Shown piece after piece: positions 41,959-51,697 of a stretch of 64,000 bases of DNA. The position numbers and the translations under genes were made by a program. Source of the DNA: Opitutales bacterium (GTDB lineage: Bacteria; Verrucomicrobiota; Verrucomicrobiia; Opitutales; UBA2987); the NCBI GenBank assembly GCA_965226885.1, contig CBDDEL010000011.1:96001-160000 (forward strand). The letters run 5' to 3'. Positions within the stretch are counted from its first letter, which is position 1. Each line of letters opens with the position of its first letter. The notes under the pieces were generated by a model that worked only from the letters and a program-made list of their open reading frames with translations, was not told where the DNA came from and ran no database searches.

Positions 41959-42435
41959 ATGCGACTCAACAACATACCCAGAAATGCTGACACCGGCAAA
42001 AGCAGGAAGCGGCTGGGCCGAGGCCGGGGTTCCGGCCATGGCAAAACCTCTGGTCGCGGGCAGAAAGGCCAGAAATCCCGCGCCGGCAGCTCCCAGCGGC
42101 CCGGGTTTGAAAGCGGCCATATTCCGCTCTATCGTCGTTTACCCCGTAGGGGCTTTAACAATGTAAATTTTCACACCCAGTATGCGGTCGTCAATGTGGG
42201 AGACCTTTCAAAAGTCGAAGATGCCGAAATCATCGACAAAGAAGCATTGGTAAAAGCGGGGTTGGTGCGAAAAAACGCCCGGCTGATCAAAGTGCTCGGC
42301 TCCGGCAGCGTGGAGGGTGCACTGAAGGTACGGGCGGACAAGTTTTCCACTTCCGCGGCAGAGAAAATCAAGGCTGCCGGGGGCGAAGCGCTGGAAACCG
42401 CCCCCGCGTCCGAACCCGCCTCGGAGGAAGAATGA
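41959..42435 (+). CDS. rplO: 50S ribosomal protein L15
   Basis: GRGRGSGHGKTSGRGQKGQ, RRLPRRGF. Confidence 0.98.
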   Translation: MRLNNIPRNADTGKSRKRLGRGRGSGHGKTSGRGQKGQKSRAGSSQRPGFESGHIPLYRRLPRRGFNNVNFHTQYAVVNVGDLSKVEDAEIIDKEALVKAGLVRKNARLIKVLGSGSVEGALKVRADKFSTSAAEKIKAAGGEALETAPASEPASEEE

Positions 42436-42473
42436 TCAAGGCAGGCTTATTTGGACTAAGGGCAACCTGAGAT

Positions 42474-43970
42474 ATGATTTCCGCTTTCGTCAACTGTCTT
42501 AAAATTCCCGAACTCAATGAACGCATTGGGCGCACGTTGCTGCTCTTGTTCATTGCCCGCATAGGAGCCAATATTCCGCTGCCAGGCCTGGACCCGGCCC
42601 CATTGCAAGAATTTTTCAGGGATCAAACATCGGCCGGTGGCGGATCGCTGGTCGGCCTATACAACATGTTCACCGGCGGCGCCCTGCTCAAAGGGGCTGT
42701 TTGCGCCTTGGGCATCATGCCCTATATCAGCGCCTCGATTATTTTCCAGATCATGACTCCGGTCGTGCCGGCCTTGGCCAGATTGCAGCAGGAAGGCGAT
42801 GTGGGCCGCCAGAAAGTGACTCAATACACCCGCTACGCCACTGTTGTGATATGCTTGATTCAGGCCAACCTGCTCATTTTGGCCCTGCAAAATCCCGGAC
42901 GCCTCTTTCGAGGTTTCAGCATAGTAGATTACGGTCCCATCGTTTTGCTCGACAACTGGACTTTCCTTATCACATCGATCATTTTTCTGACCACCGGCAC
43001 CGTATTGCTGATGTGGCTGGGCGAGCAAATTACCCAGCGAGGCATTGGCAATGGCATTTCGCTTTTAATCACGGCCGGCATCGTGTCCGATCTGCCCAAC
43101 GCGGCGGTAACCACCTTCAAAATGTTCAGCGCCCCGGTGGGCGTTCGGGGATTGGGCGCACCGGAGGGCGTGCTTATGATTGTGCTGCTCTTTTTGTGTA
43201 TTGCAGGGATCGTCTCCCTCACCCAGGCCCAGCGCAAGATACCCGTGCAATACGCCAAACGGGTGGTGGGGCGCAAGGTGTACGGAGGGCAGAGTTCCTT
43301 TTTGCCTTTGAAGGTTAATTATTCCGGTGTCATGCCGGTAATTTTTGCCAGCGCCATACTGCTCTTTTTCCAAATGATTTCCCAGCAGCTTGGAGCTATC
43401 AGCCAGATGGCCTTCATGTCCGATTTTGCCGCCGTCCTGCAACAGGGAAGCATGGGCTATTATATCATATTCGGAATGCTGATCCTCGGCTTCAGCTATT
43501 TTTGGGTATCCGTCATGTTCAAACCGCTGCAAATCGCCGATGATTTGAAAAAATACGGCGGATACATTCCGGGAGTGCGGCCAGGCGAACCGACCGCCAA
43601 ATTTCTCGACTTCGTCATGACCCGGCTGACCCTATTCGGAGCCATTGCTCTGACCGTAATCGCGGTTTTCCCGGACGGCCTTCTCTTTTATTTCAATGTC
43701 CCCTACCAAGTAGCGCAATTTTTCGGAGGCACCGGCATGCTCATCACGGTGGGCGTGCTGCTGGACACCCTTCGGCAAATCGAGACCTATTTGCTGCAAA
43801 GGCATTACGACGGCTTTCTGCGCAAAGGCCGCATCCGCGGGCGCAGCGCCGGACGAACGCGCCAACTGGTTGATGTGGGGGAAATCCGCGGCCAGGTAAT
43901 GTTCTGGAGATGGCTCGGCCTGGGAGTCTCCATCGGCATTATCTGCTGGATATTACAGGATTTTGTATAA
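42474..43970 (+). CDS. secY: Preprotein translocase subunit SecY
   Basis: LGIMPYISASII, GIGNGISL, GVMPVIFA, IPGVRPG. Confidence 0.98.
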   Translation: MISAFVNCLKIPELNERIGRTLLLLFIARIGANIPLPGLDPAPLQEFFRDQTSAGGGSLVGLYNMFTGGALLKGAVCALGIMPYISASIIFQIMTPVVPALARLQQEGDVGRQKVTQYTRYATVVICLIQANLLILALQNPGRLFRGFSIVDYGPIVLLDNWTFLITSIIFLTTGTVLLMWLGEQITQRGIGNGISLLITAGIVSDLPNAAVTTFKMFSAPVGVRGLGAPEGVLMIVLLFLCIAGIVSLTQAQRKIPVQYAKRVVGRKVYGGQSSFLPLKVNYSGVMPVIFASAILLFFQMISQQLGAISQMAFMSDFAAVLQQGSMGYYIIFGMLILGFSYFWVSVMFKPLQIADDLKKYGGYIPGVRPGEPTAKFLDFVMTRLTLFGAIALTVIAVFPDGLLFYFNVPYQVAQFFGGTGMLITVGVLLDTLRQIETYLLQRHYDGFLRKGRIRGRSAGRTRQLVDVGEIRGQVMFWRWLGLGVSIGIICWILQDFV

Positions 43971-44090
43971 ACAAAGACCATGGCGCCTGCGCCCCAATAC
44001 GACCCGTAAATTGGATGGCTTAACGCCTTCACTTTAACTTTATTTACAGTTCTCATATTCCCCGATTTTGAGTAATTTTTAAACGATCCC

Positions 44091-44858
44091 GTGATTCCCA
44101 TAAAAGCAGAGGAGGATATCCGTAAGATGCGCGAAGCCTGCCAAATTGCAGTTCGCGTCCTGGAAAAGCTATCCACCTACCTGGCCCCGGGAGTGAATAC
44201 CTACGATCTGGATCAAATCGGCAGGAAATTGATTGAAGGTTATGGGGCGGTCAGTACCGTTTACAATTACCGGGTCGGCAACCGCAGTTTTCCCGCCTAT
44301 ACATGCATATCCGTCAACGAGGAGATTGTCCACGGCATCGGGTCCATGAAACGCGTTTTGTGCGCGGGGGATAATGTTACCCTCGATGTCACGGTGACCT
44401 ATGACGGGTTTATCGGCGACAACGCGCGCACCTTTCTCATCGGCCAAGCCGAATCGGAGCTTGAAAACCTTGTCCGTTCCACCGAAATCGCTCTCTATCG
44501 CGGGATCGATCAAGCCCGGCCCGGCAAGCGGGTGGGAGACATTTCCCACGCCGTGCAGAAGTATATCGAAAGCATACCTTTTGCTATTGTGCGTGATTTT
44601 GTGGGGCACGGGATTGGCCGCGCCATGCACGAAGAACCGCAAATTCCCAACTTCGGTGGGCCGCGCACCGGCAAGAAACTTAAACCCGGCATGACTTTGG
44701 CCATTGAGCCTATGGTAAACATGGGCAGCGCCGATGTCGAGATGGCTTCGGACGGCTGGACCGCCCTCACTCGCGATGGAAAACCCTCCGCCCATTTTGA
44801 ACATACCGTCTTGATAACCGCCAATGGGCCGGAAATTTTAACTAAAGTAAAAAAATAG
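44091..44858 (+). CDS. map: Methionine aminopeptidase type I
   Basis: CISVNEEIVHG, GHGIG, AIEPM, SAHFEHT; GTG start. Confidence 0.97.
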   Translation: MIPIKAEEDIRKMREACQIAVRVLEKLSTYLAPGVNTYDLDQIGRKLIEGYGAVSTVYNYRVGNRSFPAYTCISVNEEIVHGIGSMKRVLCAGDNVTLDVTVTYDGFIGDNARTFLIGQAESELENLVRSTEIALYRGIDQARPGKRVGDISHAVQKYIESIPFAIVRDFVGHGIGRAMHEEPQIPNFGGPRTGKKLKPGMTLAIEPMVNMGSADVEMASDGWTALTRDGKPSAHFEHTVLITANGPEILTKVKK

Positions 44859-44938
44859 CTTTTCAAAACATAAATATTTGATACTTTCTGCCCTTTTCAC
44901 TTTTAAGTAAACTACCGCAACAAAGGAAAATACAATCC

Positions 44939-45313
44939 ATGCCACGCATTTTCGGAATCGATATCCCCGGTCAAAAAAAACTGCCCTATGCCCTACGCTA
45001 TATGTATGGCATCGGGCCGACCCGGGCCGACATTATTGTGGAGGCCACCGGCCTTGACCCCGACATGCGTTCGAAAGACCTCACGGAATCGGATATTAAC
45101 AAGTTGATGGCGGTCATAAATGAGAAACAGTACCGCATCGAAGGGGATTTGCGTCGCGAAAACATCTCCGATATGAAACGTTTGCAAGCCATCAATTGCT
45201 ACCGAGGACTACGCCACCGCCGGGGTCTGCCCGTAAGGGGCCAGCGCACCCAATGCAACGCCCGCACCCGCAAAGGCAAACGCAAGACGGTGGGTGTGAA
45301 GAGAAAGGCTTAA
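44939..45313 (+). CDS. rpsM: 30S ribosomal protein S13
   Basis: [19 protein letters not shown]. Confidence 0.98.
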   Translation: MPRIFGIDIPGQKKLPYALRYMYGIGPTRADIIVEATGLDPDMRSKDLTESDINKLMAVINEKQYRIEGDLRRENISDMKRLQAINCYRGLRHRRGLPVRGQRTQCNARTRKGKRKTVGVKRKA

Positions 45314-45340
45314 AACAAAGCCACTGGATTTTAAAATATA

Positions 45341-46543
45341 ATGAGCAAAGAAGAAAATAAACCCGAAGAGACAACGACTCCCGCATCCGAGGAGAAGCCT
45401 GCTGCTGCTCCAGAAAAGAGTCCTGAAAAGGCGGATGAGGCGGCTCCCAAAGCGGTGAAGAAGTCTGCGGATAAGAAAACCGAAGAAACTCCCGCATCCG
45501 ATGAGAAGCCTGCTGCTGCTCCAGAAAAGAGTCCGGAAAAGGCGGATGTGGCGGTTCCCAAAGCGGTGAAGAAGTCTGCGGATAAGAAAACCGAAGAAAC
45601 TCCCGCAACCGAGGAGAAGCCTGTTGCTGCTCCGGAAAAGAGTCCTGAAAAGGCGGATGAGGCGGCTCCCAAAGCGGTGAAGAAGTCCGAGGATAAGAAA
45701 ACCGAAGAAACTCCTGCATCCGAGGAGAAGCCTGCTGCGGCTCCGAAAAAGAGTTCTAAAAAGGCGGATGAAACGGTTCCCAAAGCGGTGAAGAAGTCTG
45801 CGGATAAGAAAACCGAAGAAACTCCTGCATCCGAGGAGAAGCCTGCTGCGGCTCCGAAAAAGAGTTCTAAAAAGGCGGATGAAACGGTTCCCAAAGCGGT
45901 GAAGAAGTCTGCGGATAAGAAAACCGAAGAAACTCCTGCATCCGAGGAGAAGCTTGCTGCGGCTCCGAAAAAGATTTCTAAAAAAACGGATGAAACGGCT
46001 CCCAAAACGGAGAAGAAGTCCGAGGATAAGAAATCCGAAGAAAAGAAACCAGCAGCGAAAAGCGCAGGCAAAGATGACACTTCGGTAGAAGATACGGGAA
46101 AACCGGCGGATGAAAAACCCAAGGAGGTCTCAGCCAAGGATCTTCTCAAAACGGATATCGGCGAAATCAAGATTCGCCGGGCCAAAGGGAGCAAGAATAT
46201 CACTACCGGAATCGTGCATATTTTGGCCACTTTCAATAATACCAAGGTGACCTTCAGCGACCGCAACGGGAATGTGATCTCGTGGTCCAGCGCCGGAAAA
46301 TGCGGTTTTCGGGGCTCCCGCAAATCGACCGCCTTCGCCGCCCAGGTCGTAACCCAGGATGCTGGCCGCACCGCCATGGGGCACGGCTTAAAGGAGGTCG
46401 AAGTGCGCGTAAAAGGCCCCGGTATGGGCCGCGACTCGGCCGTGCGGGCACTGCAATCACTGGGCTTGATCGTTGTCTCTCTGACGGATGTGACGCCCGT
46501 TCCCCACAATGGCTGCCGCCCCCCCAAACGTAGGCGCGTCTAA
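45341..46543 (+). CDS. rpsK: 30S ribosomal protein S11 with ~275-aa repetitive N-terminal extension
   Basis: C-terminal core [33 protein letters not shown]; continuous ORF from the ATG after rpsM. Confidence 0.95.
   Translation: MSKEENKPEETTTPASEEKPAAAPEKSPEKADEAAPKAVKKSADKKTEETPASDEKPAAAPEKSPEKADVAVPKAVKKSADKKTEETPATEEKPVAAPEKSPEKADEAAPKAVKKSEDKKTEETPASEEKPAAAPKKSSKKADETVPKAVKKSADKKTEETPASEEKPAAAPKKSSKKADETVPKAVKKSADKKTEETPASEEKLAAAPKKISKKTDETAPKTEKKSEDKKSEEKKPAAKSAGKDDTSVEDTGKPADEKPKEVSAKDLLKTDIGEIKIRRAKGSKNITTGIVHILATFNNTKVTFSDRNGNVISWSSAGKCGFRGSRKSTAFAAQVVTQDAGRTAMGHGLKEVEVRVKGPGMGRDSAVRALQSLGLIVVSLTDVTPVPHNGCRPPKRRRV
45377..46042 (+). repeat. 111-bp (37-aa) coding tandem repeat x6 in rpsK
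   Basis: Unit starts ACTCCYGCAWCCG at 45377, 45488, 45599, 45710, 45821, 45932; the last unit is degenerate. Confidence 0.95.
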
Positions 46544-46635
46544 CACGAACACACCCTTGTCCCTTGGATCGCGCCAATCAACAAATTTGACCACTTAGTT
46601 TAACTCAATTAATCCTTTTTCACTGAAATAGAATC

Positions 46636-47244
46636 ATGTCACGTTATACTGGACCGACCACACGAATGAATCGGAAATTCGGTATGGCCGTTTTCGCTCC
46701 CAGCAAGGCTTTTGAGCGGAGGCCATATCTTCCGGGGCAGCATGGGCAGCGCCACCGTCGCAAAGTAAGCGACTACGCAGTCGGCCTGCTCGAAAAACAG
46801 AAGCTTCGCTTCATGTACGGATTAACCGAAAAGCAATTCCGTCTGGCCTTCAAGCGTGCTAAAAAACGTCGTGGCGTGACCGGCGAAATTTTTCTGCAAA
46901 TTCTCGAAACCCGATTGGACAATGTCATTTACCTGCTCGGATTCGCCAAAACCAGGCCACAGGCCCGGCAGTTCGTCAACCATGGCCATATCAGAATTGA
47001 TGGGCATAAGGTGGATATATCCAGCTATCAGGTAACTGCCGGCGAAGAGATCGAAGTAAAAGCCGACACCTCTTCCCGCCAACTTGCAACTCGCTGCCTG
47101 GAAGAAACCCGCATGCGCACTTTGTCGGCCTGGCTGACGCGTAATGACGATGCCTTGAGGGCCAAAATCAATCGTCTGCCAGAGGCAAACGAAATCGAAC
47201 CGGGCGTCAATGTGCAGCTCATCGTTGAGTTTTACAGCCGGTAA
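46636..47244 (+). CDS. rpsD: 30S ribosomal protein S4
   Basis: PGQHG, EKQKLR, LETRLDNV, LIVEFYSR. Confidence 0.98.
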   Translation: MSRYTGPTTRMNRKFGMAVFAPSKAFERRPYLPGQHGQRHRRKVSDYAVGLLEKQKLRFMYGLTEKQFRLAFKRAKKRRGVTGEIFLQILETRLDNVIYLLGFAKTRPQARQFVNHGHIRIDGHKVDISSYQVTAGEEIEVKADTSSRQLATRCLEETRMRTLSAWLTRNDDALRAKINRLPEANEIEPGVNVQLIVEFYSR

Positions 47245-47361
47245 TAGGATTATAGAAAAGATTAAAATCAAACAATTTTCACTTGCCTCAAAATTTGTGC
47301 AACTGCCGGATTGACTGGGGAAAGTGAATGCAACGCTAAGTTAGTTAGTTAAATACTGAAG

Positions 47362-48363
47362 ATGCAAATTCGATTAGGAAAATTTGAACTGCCCAGGCGC
47401 CTTACAATTGAGGAAGAAGATGCCTCGCAAAATTATGCCAAATTCATTGCCGAGCCATTTGAAACGGGCTACGGCCACACCATCGGTAATTCGCTTCGCC
47501 GGGTCCTCCTCAGTTCCATCGAAGGAGCCGCCATCTCCTCCATTAAGATCGACGAGGTGGACCACGAATTCCAGAGCATCGATGGGGTGCTGGAAGATGT
47601 CACCGATATCGTCCTGAATCTGAAAAAGATTCTCATCAAGTCGCAAAAACGGGAAACCATCAAGCTCCTCATTGATGTGGAAAAAGAAGGAGCGGTGACA
47701 GCTGCGGATATTAAGGAGGACGCCAATATCGAAATCATAAACCCAGACCAGGTTATTTGCACGCTGGATAAGAAAAAAAGGTTTTTAGCCGAGCTTGAAA
47801 TAAAGGTTGGCCGCGGCTATTGCCAGGGAGAGGAAAATAAATCACCCGAACAACCCATCGGGGTCATTGCCATCGATTCACTTTTCAGCCCGGTCCGACT
47901 GGTCAAGTATGCGATTGAGAACACCCGTGTTGGCCAGATGACCGATTTCGACAGGCTCATCCTGGAAATCTGGACCGATGGGCGCATCACGGCGGAGGAA
48001 TCGCTCCGGCTATCGGCGGGCATCCTCAAACACCACCTTGATGTCTTCGATCAAATGAGCGATGTCCCGGTCGAGTTTGAGAGCGAGCAGGCGGAAGTGA
48101 GCGAGGAGCAGAACAAACTGCGCAAACTCCTCAACATGAGCGTGAACGAGATCGAATTATCGGTTCGCGCAGCCAATTGCCTGAACAACGCCAATATCAC
48201 GACGGTGGGCGAGCTGGCTATGAAAAGTGAGCAGGAAATGCTCAAATATCGAAATTTCGGAAAAAAATCCCTCAACGAAATTAAAGCCAAACTCGAGCAA
48301 TTGGGGCTTTCCCTGGGTATGAAAATCGACGAGCGCCTCCTCGATACGCGCTCTGATATTTAA
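47362..48363 (+). CDS. rpoA: RNA polymerase alpha subunit
   Basis: GYGHTIGNSLRRVLLSS, ELSVRAANCL, NFGKKSL. Confidence 0.99.
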   Translation: MQIRLGKFELPRRLTIEEEDASQNYAKFIAEPFETGYGHTIGNSLRRVLLSSIEGAAISSIKIDEVDHEFQSIDGVLEDVTDIVLNLKKILIKSQKRETIKLLIDVEKEGAVTAADIKEDANIEIINPDQVICTLDKKKRFLAELEIKVGRGYCQGEENKSPEQPIGVIAIDSLFSPVRLVKYAIENTRVGQMTDFDRLILEIWTDGRITAEESLRLSAGILKHHLDVFDQMSDVPVEFESEQAEVSEEQNKLRKLLNMSVNEIELSVRAANCLNNANITTVGELAMKSEQEMLKYRNFGKKSLNEIKAKLEQLGLSLGMKIDERLLDTRSDI

Positions 48364-48393
48364 ACTAAATTTCATTTTTAAAAACCGGCAAAC

Positions 48394-49035
48394 ATGCGCC
48401 ATCGTAAACATAGTTTCCAGTTAGGGGTAAAAAAAGAGCATCGCTTGGCCCTCATGGCCAATCTGGCTGCGGCTTTGCTACAGCACGGTCGCATTCAGAC
48501 GACCCTGCCCAAAGCCAAAGCACTTCGCCCCTTTGTTGAAAAAATCATCACCTTGGCCAAAAAGGCAAAATCCGCCACCCCGGAGCGGGCTCTTCACTTG
48601 CGCCGTTTGGCCATGGCCAGGGTTCGCAATAAAACGGTGGTTCACAATCTTTTTGAGAAACGGGCTGACGAATTTTTGGATAGAAATGGCGGTTACACCC
48701 GCATTTACAAGTTGGGGACCAGAATAGGTGATGCGGCCGAAATGGCCTTGATCGAATTAATCGACGCCTCCGACGAAGGCTACAAAAAATCCTCCCGCCG
48801 GAAAAAATCTGGAAAACGGAAAACCACCGCCAGAGCCGCCAAGACAGTAGAAGAGACCACTGCCCCGGTAATGGAAGCGAAGAGTCCGGAAGTTGCGGTG
48901 GACATGGCCGAAGAGTCTGAACCCGCAATTGAGGTCGAGGCTGAGGCCGAAGATGCGCAAGTAGTCCAGGAAGATGGGGAAGATACCGCAGTTGAAGAAA
49001 AACCCTCCAATGACGAATCTGCCAAGGAAAGCTGA
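48394..49035 (+). CDS. rplQ: 50S ribosomal protein L17 with long C-terminal extension
   Basis: MRHRK, TTLPKAKALR, RNGGYTRI, RIGDAAEMA. Confidence 0.97.
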   Translation: MRHRKHSFQLGVKKEHRLALMANLAAALLQHGRIQTTLPKAKALRPFVEKIITLAKKAKSATPERALHLRRLAMARVRNKTVVHNLFEKRADEFLDRNGGYTRIYKLGTRIGDAAEMALIELIDASDEGYKKSSRRKKSGKRKTTARAAKTVEETTAPVMEAKSPEVAVDMAEESEPAIEVEAEAEDAQVVQEDGEDTAVEEKPSNDESAKES

Positions 49036-49127
49036 GCAAGTATTTTTGGTTGGCTGTGCGGAGATTTTAGTTTACAAAAGACGTTTCACTTAATTTCCGC
49101 TTTTTCAATAATTGAGCCATTGGCGCC

Positions 49128-49361
49128 TTGATCGTCATCGATTTTGAATCGTTTTTACTTTTTTCCATTTCGATAGGCCTGTTCATCGTAATGGCTCTCT
49201 GGTATTACTACGACCATCGGGAAAAACATCTCTACGAGGCGGAAAGATCCCAGGGGGTATTCCACTGCGTAAAGTGTGGGAAATTATACACCCATAAAAA
49301 ACTGAAAGGGACGGGAAATTGCCCCATATGTGGTTTTAGCAACGCCAGGTTGAGGTTTTAA
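49128..49361 (+). CDS. Small membrane-anchored zinc-ribbon protein (hypothetical)
   Basis: TM helix followed by CVKC...CPIC; TTG start. Confidence 0.6.
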   Translation: MIVIDFESFLLFSISIGLFIVMALWYYYDHREKHLYEAERSQGVFHCVKCGKLYTHKKLKGTGNCPICGFSNARLRF

Positions 49362-49507
49362 GTCGCGTTTGTCTGGGAACCTCACAATTTATTCCATTTT
49401 TCATAACCTGCGGTTTTGCGTTTTTGCATTTTGAATTTGAACACGATGCCGGTTTTGTGGTCTGGTAGAAGATCAGAAACAATTTTCCGCTTTTCATATT
49501 CATAACG

Positions 49508-50281
49508 ATGAAGACAATTAAGCCACCTATGAACAGATGGATTGTTTATTCGGTTTTTGCCGCACTGCTCCTCCCTTATTTGACCTCCTCCGCCACGGTT
49601 GACGAGATAATCGCCAAGGCCCGCCAGCACATCGGCAGCGAGGAGGCCCTCGATTCCATAAAATCGATCCATTTTAAGGGCAAATTCATTGCCACCAACC
49701 GGGGAACCGAAGGAACGATTGAAATCCTTTTTCAAAAACCATATCAACAGCGTCTGGATGTGTTCGAAGGAGAGTCCGTTTTAACCACCGCGCTCAATGG
49801 CTACGATGGATGGAACCGGCGATTTTCAACGACGAATCCCAAATCGTGGGATTTGGAAATTCTCAGCGCTGCCGACCTCAAGCGCATGCGGGCCAATGCC
49901 CACGACAACCTCTATTTTTATTCTGGCCTGGAAAAATTAAGGGGAAAAATTATCGATGAGGGTGTGAAAAACAAGGATGGCCGGGAAGCGCATGTGCTCG
50001 TTTTCCAATACCACGACACAATTTTTTACAAACGATATTTCGATGTCAAAACAGGAGACCTTATTGCAACCATTAACGACCAGGGGCTCGAAATCAAGGA
50101 AGTGGGCCAGATGGTGGTGGACGAAGTGCGTTTTCCCAAAAAGGTCGTTTCACTTATCGATGGCGAGATTGTGAATACAGTTGAATTCACCGAAATTATT
50201 CTCAATGAGGAATTTGACAATTCCTATTTCGATCTGCCCGATTTTGCTCCCCCCAAAGACACAGAAGCCCCGAAACCTTGA
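49508..50281 (+). CDS. Exported protein, possible LolA-like (outer-membrane lipoprotein-sorting) fold
   Basis: Signal peptide; IIAKARQHIG, C-terminal LNEEFDNSYFDLP; beta-rich pattern. Confidence 0.55.
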   Translation: MKTIKPPMNRWIVYSVFAALLLPYLTSSATVDEIIAKARQHIGSEEALDSIKSIHFKGKFIATNRGTEGTIEILFQKPYQQRLDVFEGESVLTTALNGYDGWNRRFSTTNPKSWDLEILSAADLKRMRANAHDNLYFYSGLEKLRGKIIDEGVKNKDGREAHVLVFQYHDTIFYKRYFDVKTGDLIATINDQGLEIKEVGQMVVDEVRFPKKVVSLIDGEIVNTVEFTEIILNEEFDNSYFDLPDFAPPKDTEAPKP

Positions 50282-50401
50282 TTTGAAGTTAGTTTGGCGG
50301 ATTGCCCCAGCCTGAATTATCAATTTTTTAGTTGAATAATTCAATTCAGCAAGGATTGATCGGAGACTGCCGATTGGCTTAATAACCTCTTTTCAAACGA
50401 T

Positions 50402-51697
50402 ATGCTATTGCTTCGCTATACGGATTCCGGATTTTCGGAAAAACTTGATGGCTTTTGCCGAAACGCTCGCGCAACGCCTGAGTTTCGAGATGAGGTCGCT
50501 CGAATACTGCAAGCCATTGAGCAAAATGGCGATGAGGCCATAATTGAATTTACAAACAAATTCGATGGCGTGCAGCTTTCGCCCGACCAGTTTAAAGTCG
50601 ATGTAGGGGAAATTAAAAAGGCTGCCGGGAGCCTGGGAAAAACGCTTAGCCGGGCAGTCAAAATCGCCATCCATTGCGTGGAGGATTTTCACCAGCGCAG
50701 TTTGCCCGTTTCCTGGAAAGACAAAAATCCGCACGGAGCGACGGTGGGAGAACAATTCTACCCGATCGAGAGGGTCGGCTTATACGTGCCGGGAGGAAAT
50801 GTCCCCCTCGTATCCACTGTGGTAATGACGGCTGCCCTGGCCCGTTTGGCCAAGGTGCCGGAAATCGCCGTATTTACTCCGCCGGGTCCCCAAGGCTCCG
50901 TCAATCCCGGACTATTGGCCGCTTTGCATTTTTGCGGTGTTGAGGAAGTTTACCGCATCGGGGGCATCCAGGCCATCGGGGCAATGGCTTTCGGAACGGC
51001 CACGGTTCCAGCCGTCAATAAAATATTCGGACCGGGCAATGCCTATGTAACCGAGGCCAAGCGACAGGTTTTCGGCATTGCCGGGGTGGACCTGCTGCCG
51101 GGTCCCAGCGAGGTCATGGTCATAGCCGATGCAAGCGCCAAACCCGCCTTTGTCGCCGCCGATCTGCTGGCGCAAGCCGAACACGGCTTGGGCGGCAGGA
51201 TTTTTCTCGTTGCCACCGACGATGAGATTATTACCGAAGTTGAAAAAGAAATGCGCAGGCAGGTTACGGAATTAACCCGGGCGCCCTTGATCCGATCGGT
51301 CTTAAAAACCGGTTTTTTGGCTATACGGGTTGACGACCTCAATCAGGCGGCCCGCTTGGTGGATAAATTGGCTCCCGAGCACCTCGAGCTGCAATTCGAG
51401 AAACGAATGCTCAATGGTTTCATTAAGAAAATTCGCCATGCCGGCGCTATATTTGTAGGCAGCCATTCACCCGTGGTGCTGGGAGATTTCACTGCCGGCC
51501 CCAGTCACACCCTGCCCACCGGCGGGACGGGGCGTTTTTTCAGCGGTCTCTCCGTGACCGATTTTTTCCGGCGCAGCAGCCTTGTGCAATACGGCCCTAA
51601 AAGCCTGGCCCTGGCCCGTCCGGTGGTGGAAGCCTTCAGCCAACTCGAACAACTCGACGCGCATGGCCGATCTCTGCAAATTCGATTCGAGAAATGA
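50402..51697 (+). CDS. hisD: Histidinol dehydrogenase
   Basis: VGLYVPGG, GPGNAYV, PGPSE, QAEH, APEHL, GPSHTLPT. Confidence 0.97.
   Translation: MLLLRYTDSGFSEKLDGFCRNARATPEFRDEVARILQAIEQNGDEAIIEFTNKFDGVQLSPDQFKVDVGEIKKAAGSLGKTLSRAVKIAIHCVEDFHQRSLPVSWKDKNPHGATVGEQFYPIERVGLYVPGGNVPLVSTVVMTAALARLAKVPEIAVFTPPGPQGSVNPGLLAALHFCGVEEVYRIGGIQAIGAMAFGTATVPAVNKIFGPGNAYVTEAKRQVFGIAGVDLLPGPSEVMVIADASAKPAFVAADLLAQAEHGLGGRIFLVATDDEIITEVEKEMRRQVTELTRAPLIRSVLKTGFLAIRVDDLNQAARLVDKLAPEHLELQFEKRMLNGFIKKIRHAGAIFVGSHSPVVLGDFTAGPSHTLPTGGTGRFFSGLSVTDFFRRSSLVQYGPKSLALARPVVEAFSQLEQLDAHGRSLQIRFEK

Noticed and set aside
45377..46042. Repeat array as possible CRISPR
   Set aside because: Contiguous 111-bp in-frame coding units with no unique spacers and no cas genes
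45331..46527. 398-aa antisense ORF over rpsK (and 175-aa ORF 45192-45719)
   Set aside because: Shadow of the repeat-rich rpsK; a repeat unit lacking antisense stops stays open automatically
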